NCBI RefSeq assembly: GCF_036370855.1
Contig: NC_088098.1
Span: 200,055,336 to 200,119,335 of the forward strand
Source: Dromaius novaehollandiae
Lineage: Eukaryota
Direction of reading: 5' to 3'
DNA: 64,000 bases
Shown in pieces: positions 12,380-25,620 of the stretch. The position numbers and the translations under genes were made by a program. The notes under the pieces were generated by a model that had not been told where the DNA came from, did no database searches, and was given only the letters and a program-made list of their open reading frames with translations. The number at the start of each line of letters is the position of its first letter. Position 1 is the stretch's first letter.

Positions 12380-12602
12380 CTGAACATAAAGAATATTTCT
12401 CTTCATAGTAAAAGGCAACTGGTTTTAAATGATGGCAATGCTCAGACAGTTTTTGACTATGGGATTAAGAGAAGAGCCACATGATTTCCTCTCTTCATCA
12501 GTGGCACCTTCACAGTAAAAGCTTCACTTTTTTTTTCCCTTTAATAGGGTTCACAATAAAACAAATACTCAGAAATTATACTAAGAATTTTAAGCCAAGC
12601 AA

Positions 12603-12610
<8 letters not shown>

Positions 12611-12645
<35 letters not shown>
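12611..12645. repeat. Homopolymer (A)35 on +, which is (T)35 on the RNF17 strand, beginning 11 nt downstream of the RNF17 donor at 12657
   Basis: Direct reading. Produces the poly-K / poly-F artefact ORFs 12481..12738(+) and 12576..12866(-). Confidence 0.95.
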
Positions 12646-12647
<2 letters not shown>

Positions 12648-12656
12648 GTTTCTCAC

Positions 12657-12846
12657 AAGTATGGAAGCAGAGAGCTGTTTTCCTTCAACGCACTCCATCA
12701 TAGCCCACAATGCTTCCATGCTCCATTCTGGGCAGTAAGGAATTCTTTTCTTGTTTTTATCATACACAAGAGGTCTAAAGCCAGCCAACAGAGCTCGTAC
12801 TGCCTGAATAGGATAATGCAGCAGATGAGAAGGTATCTGACGCAAC
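12657..12846 (-). CDS. RNF17: RNF17 eTudor-5 C-flank: '(R)[63 protein letters not shown]'
   Basis: Motif 'P.QA...LLAG..P......W...A...F'. Acceptor ttttgttttag|G, donor ATACTT|GTGAGA. Lies inside track ORF 12576..12866(-). Confidence 0.75.
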
Positions 12847-13582
12847 CTAAAACAAAATGAAAACATTTACCTGGAACTATCTGTCAAGCTAAACAGTTCA
12901 TAAGGCCAGAAGGATAGCTTAATGATTAGTGCAGGCAAGTAACAGTCTAGAAACTGTAATCACAGTAACTGCTCTACAAAAACCTGCATCATACTGAACA
13001 ATTCATGTAGGGCTAGGCTCTCTAGAAGAATTCAGCACAGTAACACTCAAGAGGCAGACAAGTATCATACAGAACCCTCAGACTGTTAGGCACACCAGCT
13101 CCCCATTACAGTGCCTGGGGAGGAGACTCAAGTGTCTGCCATGGATCTAAGCAAGGAGTGCAAAAAGCAAGTCACACAAGGTAACCGGGGGACACAATGC
13201 AGGCTCCAAAACTGGTGTGTCTGGAAAATGACAGGGACCTTTGCAGTCAGAAGTGTTCATTCCTGGAAGTGTCCTAGTCAGATTACTGAAAATAGATATT
13301 AGTTTTATACTGTCTCCCACTTCACTCACTCTCCATCCAAGAAGCAAAGAGGCAGAAGCAGAGCAGGAAGTGCAACCCTGAACCAAAACCCTAGTAGTTT
13401 GGGAAGCAGGTACTCAGTTCAAATCCCCATTCTGCCTCATGTTAAGCAAAGACCTGTAGATACTTCAGTGATCTCTAAAGCAAGTTTATATGATTAAGTA
13501 TTTATACAAAGTGAAAGAGCTGCAACAGAGAAAATTTAGAGAAGCTTAGGGAACCCAAAAGCCTGGGTGTTTGAAACACTTA

Positions 13583-13618
13583 GCTGGCATCGGGGGGGGG
13601 GAGGGGGGGGGGAGGGGG
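13583..13618. repeat. G-rich run G10 A G11 A G5 (G-quadruplex-capable), intergenic / RNF17 3' region
   Basis: Direct reading: 'cgggggggggg gagggggggggg gagggggc'. Confidence 0.9.
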
Positions 13619-14198
13619 CACTGAGACGCATTTCCCAGACTGGCTCAGCACCAAGCAGAACAGGAATTTGAATTTCTATTTTCCACGCAAGCAGGATGAG
13701 GTGTAGCCCACTCAGACCCTTCCTTATCCTATGCCCCAGCTGTCCCTTGTACAGACTGTACCTTGTTTACATGTGTGCCAAGTAGGCTCACAGGATCAGC
13801 TGATTTATGTCTACACCTGGAGGGTTCTATCCCTATTTTGTGCAAACTTCTAAGGTGCGAAAGTGGATTATAAACCCAAGCCTACTTGACAGGTTGTGAA
13901 GCAAGAACCTTGAAGATGATGGAGCAGTCAATGCATGATGGACCCCCAATAATGGGTCACAGAACTACTTGAGAAAGAAGCAGGTGCATAACCTACCTCT
14001 CTGTAGGCAGAAACTCATTTAACCAGCCAACAGCTTTCTCTCCAACCAAAATTTAATACTAAATTTTTATATTTATAATTATACACAAATATACAGTATA
14101 TACATATGTTTATAAATACCTATTTATTTATGAAGAAGTGAATGTTATATACTCTCTCTCTCTCTAAAAAAAAGTTTACATATATTCGTATTATTTAC

Positions 14199-14334
14199 CT
14201 GCTGGCTGGGACAACTGAAAAATTACCATAGTCAACAAATTGAATCAGGACCTTAACAGGGTCAAATTCTTTAACAGCAAGGAGCTTCGCTCTATACCAT
14301 AAACCATCATTGTATTCAACAAGGCAAGGCATTT
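14199..14334 (-). CDS. RNF17: RNF17 Tudor-5 core: '(E)MPCLVEYNDGLWYRAKLLAVKEFDPVKVLIQFVDYGNFSVVPAS(R)'
   Basis: Complete canonical Tudor core 'PCLVEY.DGLWYRAKL...V.V.FVDYGN...V'. Acceptor ctttttacag|AA, donor CCAGCAG|GTAAAT. Confidence 0.85.
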
Positions 14335-15322
14335 CTGTAAAAAGAAAAAAAAAAAAAAAAGCCCAACACATACTCTAAATGCATTGCAAACTAACAACTT
14401 GAAAATACCAGTCATGCAATAAAACCTATTTTAAACTTTCTTCTTTCTCTACTTCATACTGCTATTTTATTCTACATATCCTCCAATTCTCTCTGCACTC
14501 CAATTCACAGTCGCTACTATGCAATTTAAGTCAAGTCTCCGCACCTCATATGGCAACCATGAGACTTAAACAGAAAATTGCTTCGTAAAGATAGCAAACC
14601 AACTCATCTAACATCTCAACTCTTACTTTGACTCACATATTCCAGTTAGTAAACAGATCAATCTATAAAGAACTATCTAACAGACATAGTCTTGAGGGAA
14701 AAAAAGGCAGATATTGTCTAAAAGCTCAAGTAGAATTCTCCTGATTGGTAGAATCAAGTCCTAGCAATAACTAGTCTCTTCACAAAGCTCTAGACCAGTA
14801 AGTTTTAAGTTGCTGTAGGCCCAGCAATTGTGGATGAGAGAATGAAAGTCCTTCTTTTGGCTAAATTGAGAAATCCAGAATTAAAATGAAGTGACACTCT
14901 CTAGGTTGCACATATTTTTAAGCTTTTGGTTACATGATTTTCTGTATACAATTTGTGTCTTTTGAATATTTAGCAGCAAGACTTACAAAGCTATAGCTTC
15001 AGTGAGAGTCGCCTTAAGGGAAAAATTTTATTATTGTCATAAAAGTTTATCAGCATTTGCAATCTCAACTCAGTTCATAAGCTTCATCAGGCACCACAGA
15101 AATGTGAGTTCTTTCCATCATCTTCTAGTGGAACAAAATGAGACAGAAGTCTCAATTTCGTGCAAAGTAAGAACATATCAGAACAGTGGGATTATTCCTT
15201 ACTGTCCAAGTGAGTTTTATTTAAAAATGCATAGAAACATAATTATTTCTATTCCTTAAGAATAATGTCAGCCTTTTGTACAATCACATGGAACAACAGG
15301 GGAAATAAACACACTAATATAC

Positions 15323-15479
15323 CTGTTCTGAAGTTTGTTAGAGGAGGAAGAGAATCCACATTTTTATTGCACCACTTCAGGGCTTCATCAAGGCTCTCCA
15401 ATGCAGAGTTGCTGTTGGCATCTCTCTCCGTGTCAGACTGCTTTTTAAGGCTCTCGGAAGGATCAAGGCGAATATATAC
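15323..15479 (-). CDS. RNF17: RNF17 eTudor-5 N-flank part 2: 'VYIRLDPSESLKKQSDTERDANSNSALESLDEALKWCNKNVDSLPPLTNFRT(G)'
   Basis: Completes 'SPKE|VYIRL' (that is, 'SP..FYI.L'). Acceptor ctctgaatag|GTA, donor AACAG|GTATAT. Confidence 0.7.
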
Positions 15480-17253
15480 CTATTCAGAGAAAAAGCTCTC
15501 ATATTATAAACTTTCGCAGATTTGTAGTTTTCAAATTTCATTAGTGATCAAAGATTGTTAGAAGGATACTTGTTCCCATCTTGAAAAGATACAGCATGGC
15601 CTCCTCCCTTACTTCTTTCCTCAACCTATTATGAATAATTTCACATTTACACCAAAATTTTTCCCCAAATGAAAGGTCACTAAAACACCACATCTCATAA
15701 TGTTAAAAAGTAAGAACACAAGAAATGTACATATCAGAGAGCATATCCATATAGAATATATAGAGAATTGTGTGTAATCAGGATTCCTCCTTCACACTAC
15801 CTAGTAAATATTCATGCTTCATAACGGCAAACCCAAAGATTAATTTTAAAATTAATGACAGAAGAAACAAACTTTCTGACATTCCATTCACCAACTTTAT
15901 AATTTGGTCATCAGTATAATGCTGTAAGTGAAGGAAATGAAAGTATAAATACGACATATAAAAATTAATATGTAGATTTTAGCTTCCCTACCTGGAAAGA
16001 TTTTCTAACTAAACTAAAATCTTTATCTTTTTTACAGAGCCATTTCAGAATACTATGATATTCTAGTAACAGCCCAACAAATTAATAAGTAGATCCTTTT
16101 TTTTTTTAAACTTACAGTCATGATTCACCAGCAATAAATAAGATTAACTTTAATTTTCTAATTTATATATAATACTTATCAAGCCACAATTCTATCATGC
16201 AAATTCTACTTAAATCTACAGGAATCAAAAGCAAGATCTAACATTTCCCAGCATTTATCCTGATCAAAAGCAAAAGAGTTTAAATCTTTTACATAAAATG
16301 AACCCAAAATGTTGATTATAACATTTCTCCAGTAAGAAAGGAAACAGAAGAGACAACTGAAGAAAAGTCCTTCACTGAGGTGAACACACACCTCTGTCTT
16401 GTACTCAGTGAGAACAGAAAAATACTCAGTGTACACTGTTTCTGGATAACACACATTTCTTCAAGGAAATAAGTGACTGTTTTATAAATTCAGCATTGCG
16501 GTCTAAAATTAATTTACCACACTTGAGTATCATAAAACCAATTATTTGGTTTACAAATTTACCAGAACAACAAACTCTTGAGTAGTTCAACATAAGTCAA
16601 CGCACTTAAAAAGATCCTAGATTTTGTGACACTATCAGCTTCTTACTGCTTCCTGCTTTCAGATTTGATTCAACACTCAAAGTCTGCACATGAATCTTTT
16701 AACTAATCAATCAGCATTACATTCAGCGTTTTGTCTAGGAGGCTACTAAAAGGGAAGCTGTTTGGGTTTGCACAAAATCAATGCTGAATCACTGACCAAA
16801 GACAAACAACTCCATTATAACATCCAGAAAATGTTCTTATTTCTATTTTTATATTTTAATTTTTATATTTTATATTCCAGTAATTTAGTTTTTGGAGGAT
16901 ACAGAAGAGAAAAGCATTGATAATCTTTCAAGTAAAAATCCAATAACCTATTTTCATATCATGCAAGATGAATAAATACCAGATGTCATTCCAAAAATTC
17001 AGTTTTTAGAGAAATGTGCAGTATTAACTTGTCCGCTTTCATGAAAAAAATACAAATGAGGGTATTTCCAATAATAGTTTAACCAATAGCTGCACTACGC
17101 AACCATTAGTATCAATAAATAAGTACCATTCTGCAACCTCAGTGATTCTTCTTTATATTGTCTACAATTGTTAGCTGTAATTTCTTGTTCACTAGCCTGA
17201 CAAGACTGCGACACGCCTGTCTACAATATGTATGAGACATTTATGAAACATAC

Positions 17254-17364
17254 CTCTTTAGGGGACACAAGATGGGTAACTCTGACAGGAAAGGTATCTC
17301 CTGGAACAGGTAGTGATGGCAACATATATGGAGGCAAAACAGGAATATCTCCTTCAAGTAATTC
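17254..17364 (-). CDS. RNF17: RNF17 eTudor-5 N-flank part 1: 'ELLEGDIPVLPPYMLPSLPVPGDTFPVRVTHLVSPKE'
   Basis: Motif 'F.V.VTHLVSP'. Acceptor gtcttggtctag|GAA, donor AAAGAG|GTATGT. Confidence 0.65.
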
Positions 17365-17753
17365 CTAGACCAAGACAGACTTTAGTCAACATTCACATTT
17401 AGTAATAAACTGCAAACTGACCTTTTTTTGGACTTCTGATGAGAATTCTCATCTAATAATGTTAACAATGTGTCCTCCACAGAAAAATACATGTATCAAT
17501 TTTTCTTTGGATTGCTACTGGCTAAAACGTAAAAAAACTAAAAGAACAGAACTATTTAATAAACACTTCTAAAATATAAAGAAGATAAATCTCAGAAATG
17601 GTCCTAACATGCTGACATGCTAACTTTTTTGCCATTAATGCGAAAATGACCAAAATATTGATTCCCTTTAAAGAGATAAAATACTTGGAAAGAAAACCTA
17701 GAATACTTAAGAAGAAAAACTAAAGTAAAAGCAATTAACCGGCACAGATTAAC

Positions 17754-17957
17754 CTGAATGACACATGTTCCTGCAGTTTGCCAGAGAAGTTCTCTCTTTG
17801 GTGAAAGAGTAATTTCTTTGCCACGAGAATTATCATTCGTTTTACAACATAATAGATTTTGCGAAGTACAGATAGGTATTGTTTCACCAACACAGCATGC
17901 TGCAGTGTATCTGCTTCTAGTGCCAGATACTTCAGTTTCAATTCCATATGCCATTAA
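17754..17957 (-). CDS. RNF17: RNF17 linker exon: 'LMAYGIETEVSGTRSRYTAACCVGETIPICTSQNLLCCKTNDNSRGKEITLSPKRELLWQTAGTCVIQ'
   Basis: Of two overlapping minus ORFs here, only this frame (track 17604..17954) has a donor (ATTCAG|GTTAAT, phase 0) that matches the next exon. The acceptor aaatgag|TTA is weak. Confidence 0.45.
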
Positions 17958-19935
17958 CTCATTTGGTTCATGACAAAATAAGCTTTAGTGCATTAAATGA
18001 TGTCCTTATAATGATGTGTCTGTATAGCACATAGTTCATCTGAGTTCTAGCTCATGAGTACAGCTCCTATTCTCTTTGGTACTTTAATACAACACTTATA
18101 AGGTACCAATTTCTCTAAAATAAAGATGTCTTTGTTTAATGAACAGACTTCATTACATCCAAAACAAAAAGAAACAAGGAAGCAGCCACAAACATAACTG
18201 CAAAATAAAGCAATAAAGTCCAAGCCATATTTTGTGTAGCACCTGACACAGGACAGAATACAAAAACCTTTATGTACCTCAGCCTTAACAGGAAAAAAAA
18301 TACCGCTTCCAGCAAAAGTATTTTCTCCTAAGAGTTAAAGTCAGTCTTGCTAAATGATGTACTAGTAAAGAAAGGATGTCTGAACAGCCCCTTGTTTGGC
18401 TGTATCGTGTTTATATTTAAACTAAACAGCAGACTAAACTAAACTAAACAGCAGAATTCTGAAAAACAGTCAAAAACACTGTGACAGGCAATCTGATTAC
18501 AACTGGCTGCAAACAATCAACTGAAATTTCAGTTTGTTCCCAACTGTGCACTGCAGGTAGCTCAGGTGGATATCTATCTCGGTCAGCTCTTGTGCATGTT
18601 TTTGAAAGAAAGAACTGCATTAGTATTTTTGCTGTTGTCCTTGTTATCGTTAGCAATCTTTTCTCACTCTGAGTAGATCAGCTACTGCTAGATCTACCAT
18701 ACCTTGGCACAGACAGTTTGGTTTTGGAGAGCAGTATTATAAGGATGCCCACCGGTTCCACCAAGAGATGTTTAAGAGTCACCTATTCCAAACAGTTGTC
18801 CACCATCCTTTCTGCCTTTGTGTCTAATCTTTAAAAAAATAAAAATGGCTTATATTAACTGCTCTTTATTATGTTTGGAAGGGCACAGCAGAAATTATAC
18901 AACATAATTTACACATTGCAAAATTCTGTATATTTAGTAAGGCAACTCAGGAGATTAAACACTCTTGCCTTTCATCATGAAAAATTTAATTCAAAGTAAA
19001 TGGTAGGCTTCACTGTAGTGTGTTATGTTGTATTCTATACCACATGAAGAACTTTGTTTATGAACAGTCTAATTGGCCCTACCCAGCAATGTGACGCACT
19101 TAATGACATCTTTAAGATCATGAAGTCTGAAGTGATATTCTGGCAAATCTCAAGTACTGTATTTCCCTGAAAAGGACAGGGTATCTAGACTTAACTCTCA
19201 TATTAGCAAAAAGAAAGCATAAATGCCTTCTAGGAGTTTGCAGAATGCTTTTCCACTAGTCTTGCTGCAAAAATCAGTGACACAGCACGCCTTATTGATG
19301 CCAGAGATGGGGGGGACTTAAGACCTGCACAGCTGGCCTTTAACATACGTTCACAATCATTTGACTTTTCCCCTCCATATAGGCTTGTCTTGTTGCATTC
19401 CTGACAGGAAACAACATCTTAGAGTATCTGGCAGGTCTTTTAGTTATATAGATGATTGTTTTTAAGAGGAAATTAACTGCCTACTGAAAAATGGAGAATA
19501 GGGACAGGACTAGTTGGCCTTCATGCAGTTTAAGTGCCAAACCATATAGAAATCTCAGTGCTTGAATTTGTAATGATACGTGTAGTACAGCACCATCAAC
19601 AGCACTATATGCTCTCCTCATTTAGGATGGAAATCCATGCAAATAGTTATAGTATCAGTGCCTGAGAAGTCTGCCTTTTTGATGCTGCTGCTGCCTGATT
19701 CTCAATGCTGGACTGAAAGATTTTTCTCTCTGCCTGAAACAACACTGATCTCTCTCTAGAATTGCTGACAGAATCTGGAACAGCTCCTGGTAATGCTGGA
19801 AGCATTCAGATTGACAAGTCAGTAATAAAAAGATGGCTTTGCATCAAGTCTTCTCAGCATTGTCTTTGGTGTAATTTAGAAGGCAGACAGATGCTGTTTG
19901 AATGAACTTGGCTTATATAGCTGATTGACTAGTCA

Positions 19936-19975
19936 AAAAAAAAAAAAAAAAAAAAAGAGAGAAAGAAAAAAAAGA
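19936..19975. repeat. (A)~25 plus an AG-rich tail
   Basis: Direct reading. Confidence 0.9.
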
Positions 19976-21430
19976 AAAGGCACCCTGTCACCTTAAGGGG
20001 TGAATTGAGAAAGTCTGGCCATTTGCTCAAAGACACACCAGCAATGTTCAACATCCATTTAGATTAATCAACTTGAGAAAGAACAAAGCTTGAACTCTGT
20101 AAGTTTAAGTACCTCACAGTAAAGGGGTTTATTTGGAATTCAGTTAAAGACAGAAGTAGTCTATATAAGGAATTTTGAATTGATTTTGGTTCAGATGGAT
20201 GGAAACAGTTTGCAGTCAACTGCTGTAGAAAAAGCAGTTCTAAATATGTGAGAAAAGTCTTCTGTTAGTTAAGCCTGAGCTAAGAATGAGCAGATTAAAT
20301 CCCTGCCTGTCAAATGAAGCAGGTCACCCGTGCCTTAATATGGGAGCACAAGGAAGCCCAGGGCTACCTGGGTCTTACTCACAGTCACATAAAAACAAAC
20401 ACCTTCCCCCTACACCCTCAAAACAACCTAAACAAAAAAATACCACAGTGTAACGGTCTTGTGTATATATATATATATATGTACTTAGAATGAGATCCAC
20501 TGTTGTAAGGTCACCCAGAACCCCTGGGGTTCAGGTGCCCTCTCCAATATCCTGCTGCCTATTAAGGAGCTTCCTGCATGACTATGGGGCTAGGGTTATC
20601 ATATGCTAACAAAGACTGAAGTCTGCAGTGTTACCAGCTCCTAAACTGACCTATGCAGCTCAACAGAAGGGTGTCTCAAAGACAAGAAGATACCTGCAGC
20701 AAGGCAACAGTGTAACGGGTCTGCACACACAGCTTAGTACCACTATTAACAAACTACAACGCCTACAGGAATGGAACACAGCACTTACCAAATCACTTAC
20801 AGATCTGAAGTAATGAAGTCACAAAAGTATAAAATAGTAAAATACATAATGATTATGCTTTAGATAACAACCACCTCCTTTAGTCAATGTAGAGTATCGG
20901 CTGGCTTGTGGGGCTCACTATTTAGTCTCCACAACTAAACCCAGAGAGACGGTTTAAGAAGTATACCTGATGTGAATGAGCTAGGTCAGAAAGAGACAGT
21001 AGTACTTTACTAAAGACGAGAAGAAACAGCCTTTCCAATAATTTGTGTTTAAATGCTTTTCTGACATTAACTGCTAAACCGTTCAAGAGGTAAAAATACT
21101 ACCCTATTCCTATCCTTCTTAAAGCAAGCTTTAGATAAGCACAGAAAGTAGTAACACTTTAAACAGAAGTGCAGACAAAATCTATTTTTAGAAAGGAGTT
21201 CAAGAATAAACTCTTGGCAATTCACCATTCCATACAATTTTAGCAACACATTGGACGTATACTTTTTATGCTAGGGAGCTGTATATTTAGTCTTATTGCT
21301 ATTTACATTGCAAAACTGTATAGAAATACAAAGAGAAATTTTTATTACAAAAAGGGTCACAATAAGCAACTATGTTTTTTAATTTCAAAATAATCACAAC
21401 AGCAAAAAAAAAAAAAAAAAACAAACTCAC

Positions 21431-21556
21431 CAGCTTTGACAAGTCCTGACAACCTTCAACAAGACAGTACTTTTGGTATGCCATGAGGGAAGAAAGTGAC
21501 ATTCCATCAATATACAGGCTGATGGACAATTTGCCCCATGGATTATCTGGTAGTTC
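21431..21556 (-). CDS. RNF17: RNF17 eTudor-4 C-terminal flank: '[42 protein letters not shown]'
   Basis: Acceptor tttaagtag|GAA, donor AAGCTG|GTGAGT. Core of track ORF 21299..21529(-). Confidence 0.65.
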
Positions 21557-22343
21557 CTACTTAAACAAGACAAAATAAGATTTTAACAGTAAAAGTGTGA
21601 CTGAGGTTTTAAAAATAGGAATCAGAGATTTTAATTTTTTGGCCACTATAGGTATGGTACCACATTTTTCAGACCATATAATATCCACAGCTATCATTAA
21701 CTGTAGGTACCTACAGGTACCATCAAGGACACAAAACCAGTAAGAATGGCTGTTAAGATTATTACACAAATTGGAGTATGGCTGCACCTATCTCTGGAAT
21801 ATCAGCACTGACTACCCAGTCTAACACTGAAACATTCTCTCATGTTTGCTCAAAGATAAACCCTCTTCCTTCACAACTTATCATTACAAACTAAATTACC
21901 TGCAATCACAAGGAGATAGGTATTTATGTTTCCCTATAGCATTATATATTAATGTAAGTAAGCCCATACTTATTTTCACCCAATTTTAATCAGTTAAAAT
22001 TGGATTCAGAAGAATTTCTAATGGTGATAAGTAAGTGGCTTGTAGAATGCAAACTGGCCAATTCAGCAGCATGAAATACAAACAATAGCAAAAGCTTCAA
22101 TACCTTTAGGTAGGCCTGATATTTGTGACAAAGGTAAAATCATAAGAGAAACAGCTTTAGCCTTTTGAGTCCCCTTCCCCCTCACAGACAGCATAAAGAT
22201 TGAGGACCAAATTAAATATTTTGTCCAAGAAGTGTGTTTATTGTTATGCTACTTGATCTAGTATTCATAATGTAAGTTAAAAAAAAAAAAAAAGAGGCAA
22301 AACACTAAGCCTCATTCTTCCATCTATGAATGAATTAAGCTAC

Positions 22344-22424
22344 CTGAACATGTATTTCAACCTCTTCATCTGTAAGTAGCTCCTGAAGGACATCTACTGC
22401 ATCCTGCTGCCAAAAGTTTCCAAT
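22344..22424 (-). CDS. RNF17: RNF17 exon: 'IGNFWQQDAVDVLQELLTDEEVEIHVQ'
   Basis: Acceptor cgaatag|ATT, donor GTTCAG|GTAGCT. Phase 0/0. 'W...A...L..L' SN-like motif. Confidence 0.6.
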
Positions 22425-23496
22425 CTATTCGGTGAGAGAAAAGACAAACACTCAAAACAGTAAGATGCTAACAAAGAATACTCTATTATTCTTAAAACAG
22501 TAAGACGAAAATACATGCTTATCATTGAAAAATTTAACACTGAAAACACACATCATTAATTTGATTTGTCAACAAACATGATCTACCATGGTACACTGGA
22601 CTTGACTGTTTGACAGTGCAGATCAGCAATTTTTAAATCTTGAAGTCATTGAGAAAGAGGTGCTGCTTGCCAAGTCTAACCCTTACTATATACATAATCA
22701 TCCAAGTGTGTAGAATTACATGAAACACAGCCCAAACATAGAGAATTATACTTTAAGATAACAGAGAGCAGAAAACACGCAATACTTAAATATTTTCCTT
22801 GCAATATCTGTTTGCCTCCCAACCTGCAGGCCTATAATCCTATCTTTCTTAATCTATCAATGAAATTGTCTATAGCAATAAATAACAGTTTTCCCTAAAA
22901 TAAGCCAGTTGCTTTGTTAAATTACATTTAAAAAATGACAGTTCAAATTTGAGGAAGATGTGATAAAACATGAAGATGCTACTTAGGTATCAACTACTTA
23001 CTGAGACTAGCAGTAAACCCTAAAACAATTCATGCGTATTAGTTTAGCCTAACAGATTGCTTCCTGCACAGCTGGAGTTCAGAATGATAGACACACTTTT
23101 GCAGGACATCAAGATTAACATTTTTCTGGCCACTTTGTATTAAGAAGCACAGGCCACATCTCTTGTTGCTGCTACTGTAAAACAGTCACTTCACATTACC
23201 ATCCTGCCAGCTATTGCTGTGTCCTCTCTCACAAAGATTACATTTCCAAGGAGTCTTTCCCAATAACAGCAGTTTTTGAAATACAGTCACTTCATAAAGC
23301 AATCTGGCATTTTCTGCCTAAAGACTGCCTTGCTGAAATGATCCTGATCAGCTGTTGTTTGAGTTCTCATAAATTCATCTGCAAACACAAGCAAAAATAC
23401 CAGGAAATGCCCACAAATAACTCTCAACTTTTATATGACTAAACAGTGTATCAGTCTGAATACTACTAGAAAGTCTTCAAGTTTAGCATTACTCAC

Positions 23497-23616
23497 TGGT
23501 ACTGTCTTGTAGAGCTGACATGGTATGCAAAATGGAGGAATATCGGTGTACAAGGCAGTTGGATACAGATGACACTGGGGGATCTTCTCAACGGAACCAC
23601 GGTCTATGTACTGCAC
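23497..23616 (-). CDS. RNF17: RNF17 Tudor-4 core second half: '[40 protein letters not shown]'
   Basis: Motif 'V.YIDRGS.E.I' then 'P..C..C.L'. Acceptor tttttccatatag|GTG, donor GTACCA|GTGAGT. Confidence 0.7.
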
Positions 23617-24073
23617 CTATATGGAAAAAAACGGTTTCCAAAAATAATTCCTATTTTTATTTTCTTTTTTATCAAGTTTATCATAGAAAGGGTTCATTTA
23701 CAGAATTAATTTTTCTGGATAAATAAAATGGTTTGCTGAGACGTATGAGATGTGACAAAGTAGAAATACGGAGGGAATTAAGGAATTAGTATAGATCAGA
23801 AGGATTAGAAGTCCAGTCTCTAAACTTGCCCTGCAAGAGATCCTACCTTTATGTGCAATAAGCTACAGTAGTTTAAAACTAGTATCTGAAAGAAATACTA
23901 ATTTTGTGAACGAGGAAAGTGTCAGACTTAGATACTTACATTCAAAGAGTACAACCAGACTCAAGAGATTAGGTAAGACTAACAGCTAGTAAGAAAAAGT
24001 TGTTCTATACCTGAGCAGCAGAAAGAACTTAAACAAACAGACAGTGACTATGTGAGGGGTGGTGGTGGTGTTC

Positions 24074-24082
<9 letters not shown>

Positions 24083-24106
<24 letters not shown>

Positions 24107-24108
24107 TA
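24083..24108. repeat. (CTTTT)4(T)~20 pyrimidine tract
   Basis: Direct reading. Confidence 0.85.
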
Positions 24109-24393
24109 ATTTTAAAGGGATTACTTAGGTGTTTGATTTTTTTATTTAGGATCCTTTATCATCAACAGAAGAACTATAGGAAAATTATGACAAATGAAAT
24201 AGGTAGACAGAATTCACCTTTAAAATAAATGTAAAATCAGAATGGAAAATGATTACAGTTTTAAGCAGAATGAGTATCTGGACAGTCAGGTCATCCAAAT
24301 GACAAAAGCAGTGATAAGTTTTTTTGTTTTTTTTTTTCCTAAACACATACAAGTGCACACACACATATATGTAAGATATATAATCAAATTTAC

Positions 24394-24557
24394 CTGGAGA
24401 GTACCAGCACCAAGTTCTGTAACTTTACCTCGATACCACATGGTATCTGACCCTCTTACAACACAAGCCTCTCCTTTTTTCCAGCAGTAGGGTTCCAGAA
24501 GACCAAGGCATTTGAAGTTGCACTGTATTTCAGTCATCAATCTGTTTAGTTCATTTG
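24394..24557 (-). CDS. RNF17: RNF17 Tudor-4 core first half: '(A)[54 protein letters not shown]'
   Basis: Tudor signature '[18 protein letters not shown]'. Acceptor (t)14cag|CA, donor CTCCAG|GTAAAT. Confidence 0.75.
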
Positions 24558-25620
24558 CTGAAAAAAAAAAAAAAATTGTAAATGCAAATTTCAAAACAGT
24601 CTAAAACATACTAGTGCAAATTATTTTTTATCAACTGAAGGATAGCAGATTCAGATGAAGACGTGTATAAAGATAAAGTACACGTGCCACTCCAGAAACA
24701 CTGAACAAACCTAATGCATCAGTGTTGAGAAATGTCTAGTATTAGCAAACAAGTTATTACTTCAACAAGAATTTAATTGTATTTGCAATAGTGAAGCTAT
24801 TAGTAATTCTGGATTTTAATCTCAGAAAAGAAGGATCTAGAAGTTTTGCAGTTGACACTTTGACAGTAGTAACACAAGAGCCTCTGATAACAGCAGCCAT
24901 CAACAAGACAACAGACTCCCAGAAACAGCAGCAGGATGCCATGAGACAACACAAGACATGTTTCTGAAAGATCCTCTTCTGACAGTAGTTTACAGCAACT
25001 ACTACAAGAGCAATACAGTCTTGGGTGGGAAGGATTACTGTACTTTTTTCAAATCTTTATCACACAATTTAAGAGTTCGATATATTTGTAGAGCAGAGTG
25101 GAAAAAAAGATCGTTTTCCTAGGAAAACATTTTTCTGGAGCACAATGTATTACCAGGGTATGGAAGACATAGCATCCATCAGATGAAACTGTCCTTTTTT
25201 CCAAACATTTTGAAATAAATTTCATATCTCTGTATATTTTCTATTACACTAAAAAAAGAAAACTGGACACTGAGCTCACTGAAAACAGGAAAAAAAAAAA
25301 AAACAGTGATACCTGAGAACCAACCTAGTTTTTGAGTGTGTAAGATGTATCATTATTAGAAGTAAAACATATCACAATCTCAACATTGCAAAATCAAGCA
25401 CTTGCTGCTTTACCCAAATAGAGAAGCCTAGAGAAGCAAGGAAAGTAACTTGCTTGTCCAAGTGTTCTGGGTTTTCTGATTTATTGTTGGGGGTGGATGG
25501 ACAGAATAGTTTATTTTCATCTTCTTAAATGTAAGGCACTGCCTTGTGGGGATTTTGATTTCTTTTTTCTAAATACTGTTGAATTTCTATATAGTTGGAC
25601 AAGAGTAAGTAGATAAAATG

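Noticed and set aside
12481-12738. + ORF with a poly-lysine run
   Set aside because: It is an artefact of the (A)35 homopolymer. The genuine coding here is on the minus strand (RNF17 exon 12657-12846).
17735-17947. Alternative minus frame ('MELKLKYLALEADTLQHAVLVKQY...') overlapping the chosen exon frame
   Set aside because: Its only plausible donor leaves a phase incompatible with the phase-0 acceptor of the next exon at 17364. The other frame has an in-frame donor (CAG|GTTAAT) that fits.
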